A stretch of 64,000 nucleotides of DNA, from NCBI GenBank assembly GCA_902625455.1, contig CACOBL010000002.1, positions 561-64,560 of the forward strand. The letters are read 5' to 3'. Origin of the DNA: an uncultured Candidatus Actinomarina sp. (lineage in GTDB: Bacteria > Actinomycetota > Acidimicrobiia > Actinomarinales > Actinomarinaceae). Every line of letters begins with the position of its first letter. Position 1 is the first letter of the stretch. Below the pieces are notes generated by a model, which saw only the letters and a program-made list of their open reading frames with translations, had not been told where the DNA came from and did no database searches. Positions 18,743 through 27,839 of this stretch are shown piece by piece. The position numbers and the translations under genes are program-made.

Positions 18743-19115
18743 TGATTTAGCTGATTTAGCTAGAAATATTGCAGAAAAAGCATATGCACCTTATTCTAAT
18801 TTTAGAGTCGGTGCAGCATTGATTACAGATTCGGGAAATGTATATACAGGTTGCAATATTGAAAATGCTTCATATCCTGCAACAGTTTGTGCTGAAGATG
18901 TAGCAGTTGTTAAAGCTATATCCGAAGGCGAAAAGAGTATTAAAACTATTGCAGTTGCATGTATTGATGCTGAATCAGACACTGCAATATTTCCATGTGG
19001 AATTTCCCGTCAAAGATTAGCCGAATTTGATACAAAGAATGTAATCGTTGTTGATAAGAATGGTTATAAAGAATATACATTTGAGGAGATACTTCCTTAC
19101 AATTTTAAATTTTAG
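18732..19115 (+). CDS. cdd: cytidine deaminase
   Basis: 'CAEDVAV' together with a 'PCGISRQ' zinc-ligand pattern, 127 aa. Confidence 0.85.
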   Translation: MKNSDLADLARNIAEKAYAPYSNFRVGAALITDSGNVYTGCNIENASYPATVCAEDVAVVKAISEGEKSIKTIAVACIDAESDTAIFPCGISRQRLAEFDTKNVIVVDKNGYKEYTFEEILPYNFKF

Positions 19116-20029
19116 AGATTTTGATTTATTTTTGGAATAACATTTAAAGTATCACCAACAATACCCAAATCAGCTAATTGAAATATAGGAGCTTCTTCAT
19201 CTTTATTTATTGCAATTATATATTTTGAATCTTTCATGCCTACCTGGTGTTGAGTAGCTCCAGATATTCCACATGCAATATAAACATCTGGTTTAACTGT
19301 TTTACCCGTTTGTCCAACTTGTTGCGAATAAGGCATCCAACCTGCATCTACAATTGCTCTAGTTCCTCCAATAGCTGCGTTTAATTTTGCTGCTAATTCT
19401 TCAACAATTACTAAATTTTCTTTATCTACCATGCCTCTTCCAGCAGATATCACTACTTTAGAATCTTCCAATTGTGGCCCAGTTTTTTCTTCTTTATATA
19501 TATCAAAAATAGAAACATCAGAACTTTCCACTTCAATAGTTTCGAAATTATCGATTAATTCAACATCAGCGGGGTCAAAAGATTTTGGCCTTATTAACAA
19601 AAGAGCATGAGTAGATGCAATCTTTGATTTGTATAAACTTTCACCACCATTTATAGAATTTATTGTTGAAACTGTATCTCCACTAATTTCAAAATCTATA
19701 GCATTTGAAACTGGACTTGAATTCAAATCTACAGAAATAAAAGAAACCAAATCTCTACAAAGATATGTAGAAGATCCTAAAATCAAGTTAATACCTTCGT
19801 TATTGATAATATTTGTAATTAAATCTGTAATCTTACTAAATTGTAAAGAATCACTGCTTCTTTTGATATAAGTTTGTTTAAAAGATTCAGAACCAATTTT
19901 TGGCGCATCATCACTTCCGATTGTTAAAACTTGATAATCAAGATTTTCATCCTGTGCTTTTTTAATTATCTCTAATGTTCCACTGCTAAGTGTTTCATTT
20001 AAAATTTCACCTAATATTAATGTTTTCAT
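19112..20029 (-). CDS. etfA: electron transfer flavoprotein subunit alpha
   Basis: FAD-binding C-terminus 'RAIVDAGWMPYSQQVGQTGKTVKPDVYIACGISGATQH'. Confidence 0.85.
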   Translation of the reverse strand: MKTLILGEILNETLSSGTLEIIKKAQDENLDYQVLTIGSDDAPKIGSESFKQTYIKRSSDSLQFSKITDLITNIINNEGINLILGSSTYLCRDLVSFISVDLNSSPVSNAIDFEISGDTVSTINSINGGESLYKSKIASTHALLLIRPKSFDPADVELIDNFETIEVESSDVSIFDIYKEEKTGPQLEDSKVVISAGRGMVDKENLVIVEELAAKLNAAIGGTRAIVDAGWMPYSQQVGQTGKTVKPDVYIACGISGATQHQVGMKDSKYIIAINKDEEAPIFQLADLGIVGDTLNVIPKINQNL

Positions 20030-20775
20030 ATAACTTTAAGTTCCTTAAGTTTGTCAACTATAACTTGGAAGGCTTCACCTTCGTCAATAATTGTTTCACC
20101 ATTTTTTGAATTTTCTAGTGCTTCAATACTTATAAATTCCAAATTTTGTTCTGTTGTAATATTTAGTTTGTCTAGTTCGACTTTTTCTATTGGTTTAGAC
20201 TTTGCAGCCATAATATCTTTGAAATTCGGATATCTCGGCTCTACACCTCCAGCAGTGACTGATATTACACATTTAGGTGGCATTTTAACTTTTTCAGATC
20301 CTTCTGATGTTTGCCTAGTAAGTGAAACATCATCCCCAATTTCTAAAGCTTTAACATAAGATATACAATCTAATTTTAAAAATCTTGAAACTTGCTGTGG
20401 TACCGTTCCCGAATAACCATCTGTTGATTCAGTACCAAAAATAACAATATCTGCATTTGTTGTTTTTGCTAGTTCACTTAAAACATTTGCTGTCATTAAA
20501 GAATTAGCACCTTTCAGTGAGTCATCATCTACGTATATTGCTTTATCAGCCCCCATCTGTAATGCTTGTTGCAAGCCTTTCATTGTTCCAGCAGGACCCA
20601 TAGAAATAATCGTAACTTCAGCATCAAACTTTTCTTTTAACTGAAGTGCTACTTCAATTCCATATCTGTCAGTATCATCTAAAACTTGTTCTTCAGGCCT
20701 GACGATTATTCCGTTATCATATGATGTATCGTTAGCTGGGTCTGGAATTTGCTTTGCGCATACAGTGATATTCAT
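20026..20775 (-). CDS. etfB: electron transfer flavoprotein subunit beta
   Basis: 'MNITVCAKQIPDP' N-terminus. 4-nt overlap with etfA. Confidence 0.85.
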   Translation of the reverse strand: MNITVCAKQIPDPANDTSYDNGIIVRPEEQVLDDTDRYGIEVALQLKEKFDAEVTIISMGPAGTMKGLQQALQMGADKAIYVDDDSLKGANSLMTANVLSELAKTTNADIVIFGTESTDGYSGTVPQQVSRFLKLDCISYVKALEIGDDVSLTRQTSEGSEKVKMPPKCVISVTAGGVEPRYPNFKDIMAAKSKPIEKVELDKLNITTEQNLEFISIEALENSKNGETIIDEGEAFQVIVDKLKELKVI

Positions 20776-20795
20776 AAATTTTATATTAATTAGAA

Positions 20796-21623
20796 TTAAT
20801 TATTACCGATATTAATTTCAGACAAAAATTCTTTCATAAAGTTTTGAAGTTTTACTTTAGATTTTTCAGCAATTTCAATTACCTCATTATGATCAAGAGG
20901 ATTTTCACTTATTCCTGCTGCTAAATTTGTAACTAATGAAAAAGCTACTGTTTTTATACCAGCATGTTTAGCTACAATTGCTTCAGGCACAGTTGACATT
21001 CCAACTAAATCAGCTCCAATATTTTTAGCAAAATTTACTTCCGCAGGTGTTTCATAAGAAGGACCGGTGAACCAGGCATAAACACCAGTTTTAAACTCAA
21101 AATGATTTTCTGCTACTTTTTCTGCTAGCCTCAACAACTCAGAATTATACACGTTAGACATATCTGGAAATCTTGGGCCAAATTCTTCTATATTTTTACC
21201 AATTAGTGGGTTATCACCAGTTAAATTAATATGGTCAGTAATGGCAACAATATCACCTGGAGTATATTTTGAAGAAATCCCTCCAGCCGCATTTGTAAGT
21301 ACAAGAGTTTTCGCACCTAGCATTATAAATGTTCTGATTGGTATCACTAATTCTTGAATAGGGTAACCTTCATAAAAATGAGCACGGCCAGACAGAATTG
21401 CTGTTATTTTTCCCTCAATATCTACAATACTTAACTTCCCAGAATGACCCTCGATAGATGGTTGTAAAAAATTTGGTATTTCAGAATAATTTAATTGATA
21501 TAAAGGTTTGTAGTTTTCTTCAAAACCACTCATTCCGGATCCCAATACAATTACGGATTCTATAGTTTTCTCTTCAATGAATTCTGAGATAAAAACTTTA
21601 GACTCTGTTATTTTTTCAATCAT
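20796..21623 (-). CDS. punA: purine nucleoside phosphorylase (PNP family I)
   Basis: 'LGSGMSGF', 'TLVLTNAAGGI' and 'VGMSTVPE'. Confidence 0.85.
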   Translation of the reverse strand: MIEKITESKVFISEFIEEKTIESVIVLGSGMSGFEENYKPLYQLNYSEIPNFLQPSIEGHSGKLSIVDIEGKITAILSGRAHFYEGYPIQELVIPIRTFIMLGAKTLVLTNAAGGISSKYTPGDIVAITDHINLTGDNPLIGKNIEEFGPRFPDMSNVYNSELLRLAEKVAENHFEFKTGVYAWFTGPSYETPAEVNFAKNIGADLVGMSTVPEAIVAKHAGIKTVAFSLVTNLAAGISENPLDHNEVIEIAEKSKVKLQNFMKEFLSEINIGNN

Positions 21624-21642
21624 TTGATATTAGGTTAATAAG

Positions 21643-22794
21643 TTAAATTTGATTTAAAAAGCTTTTACCTGGAAATATATTATTTAATTCAAAAAAATCA
21701 CATATCGTTGAAGCAACATTATAGAAACCTTCCAGATCACCAATATATTCAGCTTTACCATTTTTTTTATAAGCAACCATTGGCACATATTCTCTTGAAT
21801 GGTCTGTTTTACCGTCTGTTGGATCTGTTCCATGATCACCTGTAAAAATTATTAGGTCGTTTTCGCTCATGACATCTAAAATTCCTTGAATTTGCTTATC
21901 AATAAGTTTTAATCCCTCATAATATCCATGAGGGTCTTCTCTATGACCGTACAGCATATCTAAATCAACTAAATTAACAAAAATAAAATCATGATTACCA
22001 CTTTTTACTTCATCATATAGGTATTCAAGTCCATTTGAGTCACCCACAGTATGAACAGCAGTTGTTAAAAACATTTCTCCAAATAAATCACTGATTTTAC
22101 CAATCCCATATGTAGATAGATTATTTTTAAATAAATAACTTAGAATTGTTTCACCTGGGGGATTCATACCAAAATCTTTTCTATCGTAAGTTCTAACAAA
22201 GTTGCCATATTCTCCAATAAATGGTCTTGCAATTACTCGCCCTATATTGTATTCATCACAATATTTTCTTGAAATCTCGCATATTTTGTAAAGTTTCTCA
22301 ATAGAACAAATATTTTCGTGGGCGGCAATTTGAAAAACTGAATCCCCAGAAGTATATAAAATTAATTTTCCTGATGATAGATGCTCTCTTCCCAGCTCAT
22401 TTAATATTTCAGTACCAGATGCATGTTTGTTGCCTATGAATTCAATATTTGCTTCTTTTTGAATTGAGAGAATTAAATCTTGAGGAAATCCGTCAGGATA
22501 AGTTGAGAAATCTTCTTCAGTTACTAAACCTGCAAGCTCCCAATGTCCAGTAGTAGAATCATTTCCAATTGACTCTTCAGATAATCTTCCTACAGTAGCA
22601 ATATGATTGGTATTCATATTTTTTACTTCAGTAATTTTTCCAAAACCTAACTTTTCCATAGTTGGTAAATTGACACCACCTACAGCATTTGCAACATTTG
22701 AAAGAGTATTTGTTCCTAAATCACCATATTTATCTGCATCAGGTGCTTCACCAACACCTAAAGAATCAATAACGACAAGAAAACATCTTTTCAT
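21643..22794 (-). CDS. deoB: phosphopentomutase
   Basis: 'MKRCFLVVIDSLGVGEAPDA' and 'TGDHGTDPT'. Confidence 0.85.
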   Translation of the reverse strand: MKRCFLVVIDSLGVGEAPDADKYGDLGTNTLSNVANAVGGVNLPTMEKLGFGKITEVKNMNTNHIATVGRLSEESIGNDSTTGHWELAGLVTEEDFSTYPDGFPQDLILSIQKEANIEFIGNKHASGTEILNELGREHLSSGKLILYTSGDSVFQIAAHENICSIEKLYKICEISRKYCDEYNIGRVIARPFIGEYGNFVRTYDRKDFGMNPPGETILSYLFKNNLSTYGIGKISDLFGEMFLTTAVHTVGDSNGLEYLYDEVKSGNHDFIFVNLVDLDMLYGHREDPHGYYEGLKLIDKQIQGILDVMSENDLIIFTGDHGTDPTDGKTDHSREYVPMVAYKKNGKAEYIGDLEGFYNVASTICDFFELNNIFPGKSFLNQI

Positions 22795-23414
22795 TAAGTT
22801 GTACCAAAAAGCCTATCTCCCATATCTCCAAGGCCTGGAACTATATACCAACTTTCGTTCAGTTTTTCGTCTATATTACCTGTTATCAATGTGACATCTG
22901 AATGCTCTTTTTCTAAACGTTCAATACCCTCAGGAGCAGAAATAACAGTTAGAGCTATAATATCTTTTGGTTTTTGTTCCTTTACTTTATCGATAGCAAA
23001 AGACAGAGATCCTCCGGTGGCAAGCATTGGTTCTAATATGAAAACGTTTTTGTCATTTAAATCAGGTAAATTTTCATAATAATATTCAGGCTCTGCGGTT
23101 TCTTCATTTCTTTGAACACCAATATAACCAAAAGAAACATTTGGTAAAAGCTCTTTAACTCCATCAATTAAACCAAGTCCAGCTCTAAGTACTGAAATAG
23201 CAACACTGTCGTTTTCTACTTCATAACCCTTAGTATCTACTAATGGTGTAGTTATATTTTTTTCTTTCAATGAAATATTTTTAGTACCTTCAATAAAAAG
23301 TAAATATGAAAGCTTGGTTGCGTATGCTCTAAATTCTTCACTGTTTGTATTTTCATTTCTAAGTATTGTTAAGTAGTGACTTTTAAGCGGATGAGATAAT
23401 TCAATTACTTGCAT
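22794..23414 (-). CDS. upp: uracil phosphoribosyltransferase
   Basis: 'ILEPMLATGGSL' PRPP-binding motif, 206 aa. Confidence 0.85.
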   Translation of the reverse strand: MQVIELSHPLKSHYLTILRNENTNSEEFRAYATKLSYLLFIEGTKNISLKEKNITTPLVDTKGYEVENDSVAISVLRAGLGLIDGVKELLPNVSFGYIGVQRNEETAEPEYYYENLPDLNDKNVFILEPMLATGGSLSFAIDKVKEQKPKDIIALTVISAPEGIERLEKEHSDVTLITGNIDEKLNESWYIVPGLGDMGDRLFGTT

Positions 23415-23544
23415 TAAAAATTAGATTAGCAAAACATTAAATCTTTTCTAGTTATTTTTCTTAAGAAGTTAATCTAATAAAAGTACATTTTATGCTTTAG
23501 TTAATGTAATATAATGTATTGCTAATTAAAAAAAAAGGAAATTA

Positions 23545-23937
23545 ATGCCTGTAAAAATAAGACTTGCACAAAGAGGTAAGAAAAAGAGTAGAACTTACAG
23601 AGTAGTTGTTGCTGATTCTCGCTCACCAAGAGATGGAAAGTTTATTGAAGACTTGGGGTATTATGATCCACATCATAATCCTTCAAAAGTTGAAATTAAT
23701 GTTGATAAAGCTGTGTCATGGTTAGATAAGGGCGCTCAGCCATCAGAACGTGCACAAAAATTATTAGAGATTTCTGGGGCATGGGCTCAATGGAGATCTT
23801 CAAAGGGAGAGGTTGTTTCTATTCCTACACCTCCTGAAGAAAAAGTAAAGAGTAGCTCAAAAGCAAATAAAAAGAAGGAAGAAGCTACACAGGAAGAAAC
23901 TTCTGAAGAATCATCAGAAGAAACAGAAGAGGAATAA
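23545..23937 (+). CDS. rpsP: 30S ribosomal protein S16 (with acidic/lysine-rich C-terminal tail)
   Basis: 'MPVKIRLAQRGKKKSRTYRVVVADSRSPRDGKFIE' with an upstream RBS 'AAAGGAA'. The tail is 'KKKEEATQEETSEESSEETEEE'. Confidence 0.9.
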   Translation: MPVKIRLAQRGKKKSRTYRVVVADSRSPRDGKFIEDLGYYDPHHNPSKVEINVDKAVSWLDKGAQPSERAQKLLEISGAWAQWRSSKGEVVSIPTPPEEKVKSSSKANKKKEEATQEETSEESSEETEEE

Positions 23938-23940
23938 TTT

Positions 23941-24192
23941 ATGGCCGCAGGTTCAATTGTAAAAAATGTAGTTGAATATATTGTTACGCAAATTGTGGAA
24001 GATACAAAGTCTGTAAAAGTCGACATAGCAGATTCAGATGATGAAAACGTAACAATTGAAGTCAGAACTTCTCCAGATGATATGGGAAGAGTTATTGGTA
24101 AAAGAGGAAGAGTTGCAAGAGCAATTCGCACAGTAGCTCAAGCAGCAGCAGATGAAGAAGGCCTACAATCTAGCGTAGAATTTATTGACTAA
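23941..24192 (+). CDS. KH-domain RNA-binding protein (YlqC family)
   Basis: 'VIGKRGRVARAIRTV' (the KH GxxG motif) between rpsP and rimM. Confidence 0.8.
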   Translation: MAAGSIVKNVVEYIVTQIVEDTKSVKVDIADSDDENVTIEVRTSPDDMGRVIGKRGRVARAIRTVAQAAADEEGLQSSVEFID

Positions 24193-24667
24193 TAATACTC
24201 TATATCAAGTTGCTAAATTAGGTAAACCCCACTCACTTAGGGGATTTCAATATATAAATATAGACATTTTTTTTAGAAGATTTGACTTAAGCAATATATC
24301 AATGCAAGTTGGTAATGAAGAATTAATAGTTGAAAATTTTAAAACTCACTTAAAAGATAGAAATCTAATTAAATTTAAAGATTTTGACACAATAGAATCA
24401 ATCGAGAGATTGAGGGACAATTTTGTATCTATTTCAGATAAATATAAAAATGATTTTCTAAATGACAATAAATTACCTTGGCCTGGTTTTTTCATAAATA
24501 AAAACTTAGGCAAATCAGATTTTGTTTTACTTGAGTTTAATTATTCTAAAAACTTTATTTTTTGCGAGGTTTCTAATTTAAATGATTTACCAATCCCTTA
24601 TAATGATAACTTTTTTTCATATCAGGATAATCAACTTGTTTTAATTAATGACGATCTAACTGTTTAA
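24185..24667 (+). CDS. rimM: 16S rRNA processing protein RimM (divergent)
   Basis: 'VAKLGKPHSLRGFQYI' N-terminal RimM-like motif, in the conserved position after rpsP-KH. Confidence 0.65.
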   Translation: MTNNTLYQVAKLGKPHSLRGFQYINIDIFFRRFDLSNISMQVGNEELIVENFKTHLKDRNLIKFKDFDTIESIERLRDNFVSISDKYKNDFLNDNKLPWPGFFINKNLGKSDFVLLEFNYSKNFIFCEVSNLNDLPIPYNDNFFSYQDNQLVLINDDLTV

Positions 24668-25360
24668 CCAGTCAAAAATTAAATTACTATATGTATCTTC
24701 TATCATATTTTCCGGATGCCATTGAATACCAATTGCATTCCATCCATTAGTAGTTTCTATTCCTTCAATCACACCATCATTTGATTTTGCAGTAATTTTT
24801 AAATCATCACCTAGTTCATCAATACCTTGATGATGAATAGAATTTACCATTATATTTTTTTCTTGAATTATTTCATATAGTTTTGAGTCTTCATAAACTT
24901 CAATATCATGAATGTGAGATCGAGCATCTTCAAAAGGTTTATCGTGTTCAATATCTTTAAAACCTGAATCATTTAGATCTTGATATAAAGTCCCATTTTT
25001 ATAAACATTTAATAATTGATGTCCTCTACATATTGCAAGAGTTTTAACATTGTTTTGTTCTGCAGATTTGAATAGATTTAATTCAGTAAAATCTCTATTG
25101 TCTGATATTCGAATTGTTTTAGAATCAATTTCTTGATTATATCTTTCTGGGTTTATATCTCCACCTCCAGAAATTATCAAAGCATCAAATTTTGAAGCAT
25201 TAATTTCAAGATTATTATTTTGTGGTCCAATAACTATTGCAGTATTCCCAAATTTGTTACATAAGTTTATAAAATCATTGTTTATTACAACACACGGAAT
25301 ATTTCCCGGCGCCATTTGAACATCTTTTACCCCAGTTGAAATTCCAATTAATTTACTCAT
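24656..25360 (-). CDS. class I glutamine amidotransferase-like protein (peptidase C26 / PuuD-like gamma-glutamyl hydrolase family)
   Basis: 'LAICRGHQLL' (Cys nucleophile) and 'HHQGI' / 'IQWHPE' (His/Glu). Start set at the internal ATG 25360, so it abuts ridA rather than overlapping it by 120 nt. Confidence 0.7.
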   Translation of the reverse strand: MSKLIGISTGVKDVQMAPGNIPCVVINNDFINLCNKFGNTAIVIGPQNNNLEINASKFDALIISGGGDINPERYNQEIDSKTIRISDNRDFTELNLFKSAEQNNVKTLAICRGHQLLNVYKNGTLYQDLNDSGFKDIEHDKPFEDARSHIHDIEVYEDSKLYEIIQEKNIMVNSIHHQGIDELGDDLKITAKSNDGVIEGIETTNGWNAIGIQWHPENMIEDTYSNLIFDWLNS

Positions 25361-25769
25361 GAACAAAAATGCATTGAACTTCCACTGACACATTAAGCGG
25401 TAAGCTAGCAACTCCAACAGCAGATCTTGTTGATTTTTCATCAAAATACTCTGCGAGCTTATCCGTAAATCCATTTAATATTTTTGCGTGATCTTGAAAA
25501 TCATTATCAGCATTTACGAATCCTATTACATTTACAGGTTGTAGATTTTCAATTTCACCATTTGCTAAAAGTGTAGATATAGTCAATTCAGCACATAAGG
25601 ATGCAGCTTCATAACCATCTTCTATTGATACCTCGGAAGGTATTTTTCCTTGAAATTTTTTCTTTTCCGTAAATGGAACGTGACCGGAAGTATATATGTA
25701 ATCTCCAACTTTTTTATATGTTACGTAATTTCCAATAGCCTTTGGTGCATCTGGTAATTCTTTAGACAT
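25353..25769 (-). CDS. ridA: RidA/YjgF family reactive-intermediate (enamine/imine) deaminase
   Basis: 138 aa with a YjgF fold pattern ('KAIGNYVTYKKVGDYIYTSG', 'RSAVGVASLPLNVSVEV'). Confidence 0.75.
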   Translation of the reverse strand: MSKELPDAPKAIGNYVTYKKVGDYIYTSGHVPFTEKKKFQGKIPSEVSIEDGYEAASLCAELTISTLLANGEIENLQPVNVIGFVNADNDFQDHAKILNGFTDKLAEYFDEKSTRSAVGVASLPLNVSVEVQCIFVHE

Positions 25770-26766
25770 TTTTTAGTAAGTTTCCAATTAAATCTACAAC
25801 TCTATTTGAGTATCCCCACTCATTGTCGTACCAGCAAACTACTTTTACATGATTTCCTTCTAGTAGCTGGGTAGATGAAGCATCATATATGCTTGAGTGC
25901 GGATTGTTTAAAATATCTGTAGATACTAGAGGCACATCAGAATACTCTAATATTCCATTTAACTCATTATCAGCAGCATTCTTTACTGCTTTATTTATAT
26001 CATCTATAGAAACTTTTTTTTCAAGCTCAACTACAAGATCAACAACACTTCCGTCAGGAACAGGTACTCTCATTGCCATTCCGTCTAATTTTCCATTGAG
26101 CTCTGGAAGAACCATTCCAACGGCTTTTGCCGCTCCTGTTGATGTAGGAATTATATTTTGAGTTGCACTACGACCTCTTCTAAAGTCACTATGTGTCGTT
26201 TCGGCTAATGCCTGATCGTTAGTATACGCATGTACTGTAGTCATCAATCCAGAAATAATTCCAAAATTATCATCTAACACCTTTGCTATTGGTGCTAAAC
26301 AGTTTGTTGTACAAGATGCATTTGATACAATTTTATCTTCAGGTTTGAGATCATCATCATTAACTCCTAAGACAATTGTTGAATCTATCTCGTCTTTAGG
26401 AGGTACTGTCAGTAATACTTTTTTTGCACCAGCATCAAGATGTTTATTTAATGATATATTATCTCTAAAAATTCCAGTTGATTCAACAACAACGTCAACA
26501 TTCATATCTTTCCAAGGAAGTTCAGAGGGATCTTTAATTGAAGTTAATTGTATTACTCTTTCATCTACTAGTAATTTATCTCCATCAATCCTTACATTTG
26601 CATCTAGTATTCCCATTACAGAATCATGTTTAAGCAGGTAAGCAAGATTTTCATAGTTTCCCAAATCATTGATACCAACTACATTTATATCAGAGTTTTT
26701 TTCAACAATAATTCTCAGAATTGATCTTCCAATTCTTCCAAATCCATTTATCGCAATGTTGCCCAT
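25762..26766 (-). CDS. gap: glyceraldehyde-3-phosphate dehydrogenase (type I)
   Basis: 'INGFGRIGR', the catalytic 'SNASCTTNCLAP', 'TTVHAYT' and 'IIPTSTGAAKAV'. Confidence 0.85.
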   Translation of the reverse strand: MGNIAINGFGRIGRSILRIIVEKNSDINVVGINDLGNYENLAYLLKHDSVMGILDANVRIDGDKLLVDERVIQLTSIKDPSELPWKDMNVDVVVESTGIFRDNISLNKHLDAGAKKVLLTVPPKDEIDSTIVLGVNDDDLKPEDKIVSNASCTTNCLAPIAKVLDDNFGIISGLMTTVHAYTNDQALAETTHSDFRRGRSATQNIIPTSTGAAKAVGMVLPELNGKLDGMAMRVPVPDGSVVDLVVELEKKVSIDDINKAVKNAADNELNGILEYSDVPLVSTDILNNPHSSIYDASSTQLLEGNHVKVVCWYDNEWGYSNRVVDLIGNLLKNV

Positions 26767-27774
26767 CTATAGTTCCTTACCAAGTCTTTTAATAGTATCA
26801 ACTATTCTTGCTGCGTAACCCCAACCATTATCAAACCAAATTATTAATTTAATTTTCTTATTATTGATACCCATAGTAGCGATACCGTCTACGAGGCCTG
26901 ATAAAGTACTTCCAACAACATCTGAGGAAACAATTGGATCATGCGTAATTCCAATAATATTTTTTAATTCATTTTCTGAAAAATTTTCTAGAATCTTATT
27001 TATTTTTTCTACGCTTGTTTCTTTTGTGATGTCTAAGGTTAGGTCAACTGTACTTCCATCAGGAATTGGTACTGTCATTGATGAAGATGCTATTTTGTCT
27101 TTTAAAAAAGGAAGTACATTAATAATAACTTCTGATGATTTTGTTATGCTTGGTATAATATTTTCTCCAGCAGCTCTGTTTAATCGAAAACCCTCTCCAG
27201 CTACATCAGCTAATCTATTTGAGTTTGAATAACCATGTACAGTAGTTAAAAAAGCTCTTTCAACACCTATCTCACTATTTAAAACTTTTAATATAGGTGC
27301 AACGGCATTTGCAGTATTTGATCCTAACGAGAATACATTTGATTTAAAATCAATATTTTCATCATTAGCACCTGGTACATAAATTTGGATATCTTTGAAA
27401 TTTTCTGGAGTAGATGCAATTATGACTTTTTTGCATCCTTTGGACAAATGTATGTCAACTTCTTCTTTTGTTTTTGGTTTACCGGTAGCAAGGATTACTA
27501 TATCAGTTTGAATTTTTTCCCAATCAGCTTCATTGCCATCTTTCCATGAATTAAAGATTATTTCTTTTCCATCAACAACAATACCTTTTTCAGTTTCTTC
27601 TATTTCTGCATTAAATTTTCCATATATTGAGTCATATTTAAGTAGGTATATCAAGTTAGCTTTGTCAGCAGTATCAGAAATTGAAATTATGTTGATATCG
27701 TTATCATTAAATGTCTGTCTTAATAGGTCTCTACCTATTCTTCCAAACCCAACTAATGATATATTTGTCATCAA
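26767..27774 (-). CDS. GAPDH-family paralog lacking the catalytic cysteine
   Basis: Full-length alignment to the adjacent gap ('LVGFGRIGR', 'TTVHGYS', 'IIPSITKSS'). The active-site segment reads 'SLGSNTANAVAP' where gap has 'SNASCTTNCLAP', so Cys is replaced by Asn and the second Cys by Ala. Confidence 0.7.
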   Translation of the reverse strand: MMTNISLVGFGRIGRDLLRQTFNDNDINIISISDTADKANLIYLLKYDSIYGKFNAEIEETEKGIVVDGKEIIFNSWKDGNEADWEKIQTDIVILATGKPKTKEEVDIHLSKGCKKVIIASTPENFKDIQIYVPGANDENIDFKSNVFSLGSNTANAVAPILKVLNSEIGVERAFLTTVHGYSNSNRLADVAGEGFRLNRAAGENIIPSITKSSEVIINVLPFLKDKIASSSMTVPIPDGSTVDLTLDITKETSVEKINKILENFSENELKNIIGITHDPIVSSDVVGSTLSGLVDGIATMGINNKKIKLIIWFDNGWGYAARIVDTIKRLGKEL

Positions 27775-27839
27775 CCCTCAAAGATTATTGATTTATTCTT
27801 GTTACAATCAACTAATAATATACCTTAAAAATATAAACT

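Noticed and set aside
23415-23544. tRNA or small RNA in the 130-bp upp/rpsP divergent intergenic region and other spacers (1756-1816, 6135-6187, 16026-16090, 32986-33111, 33868-33941, 36503-36628)
   Set aside because: No cloverleaf-compatible segments or T-loop GTTCRANYC motifs seen. The regions are AT-rich promoter-like spacers (e.g. TATAAT at 23510-23515 upstream of rpsP). The rpsB leader (36503-36628) may be structured but I could not identify a convincing conserved fold by eye.
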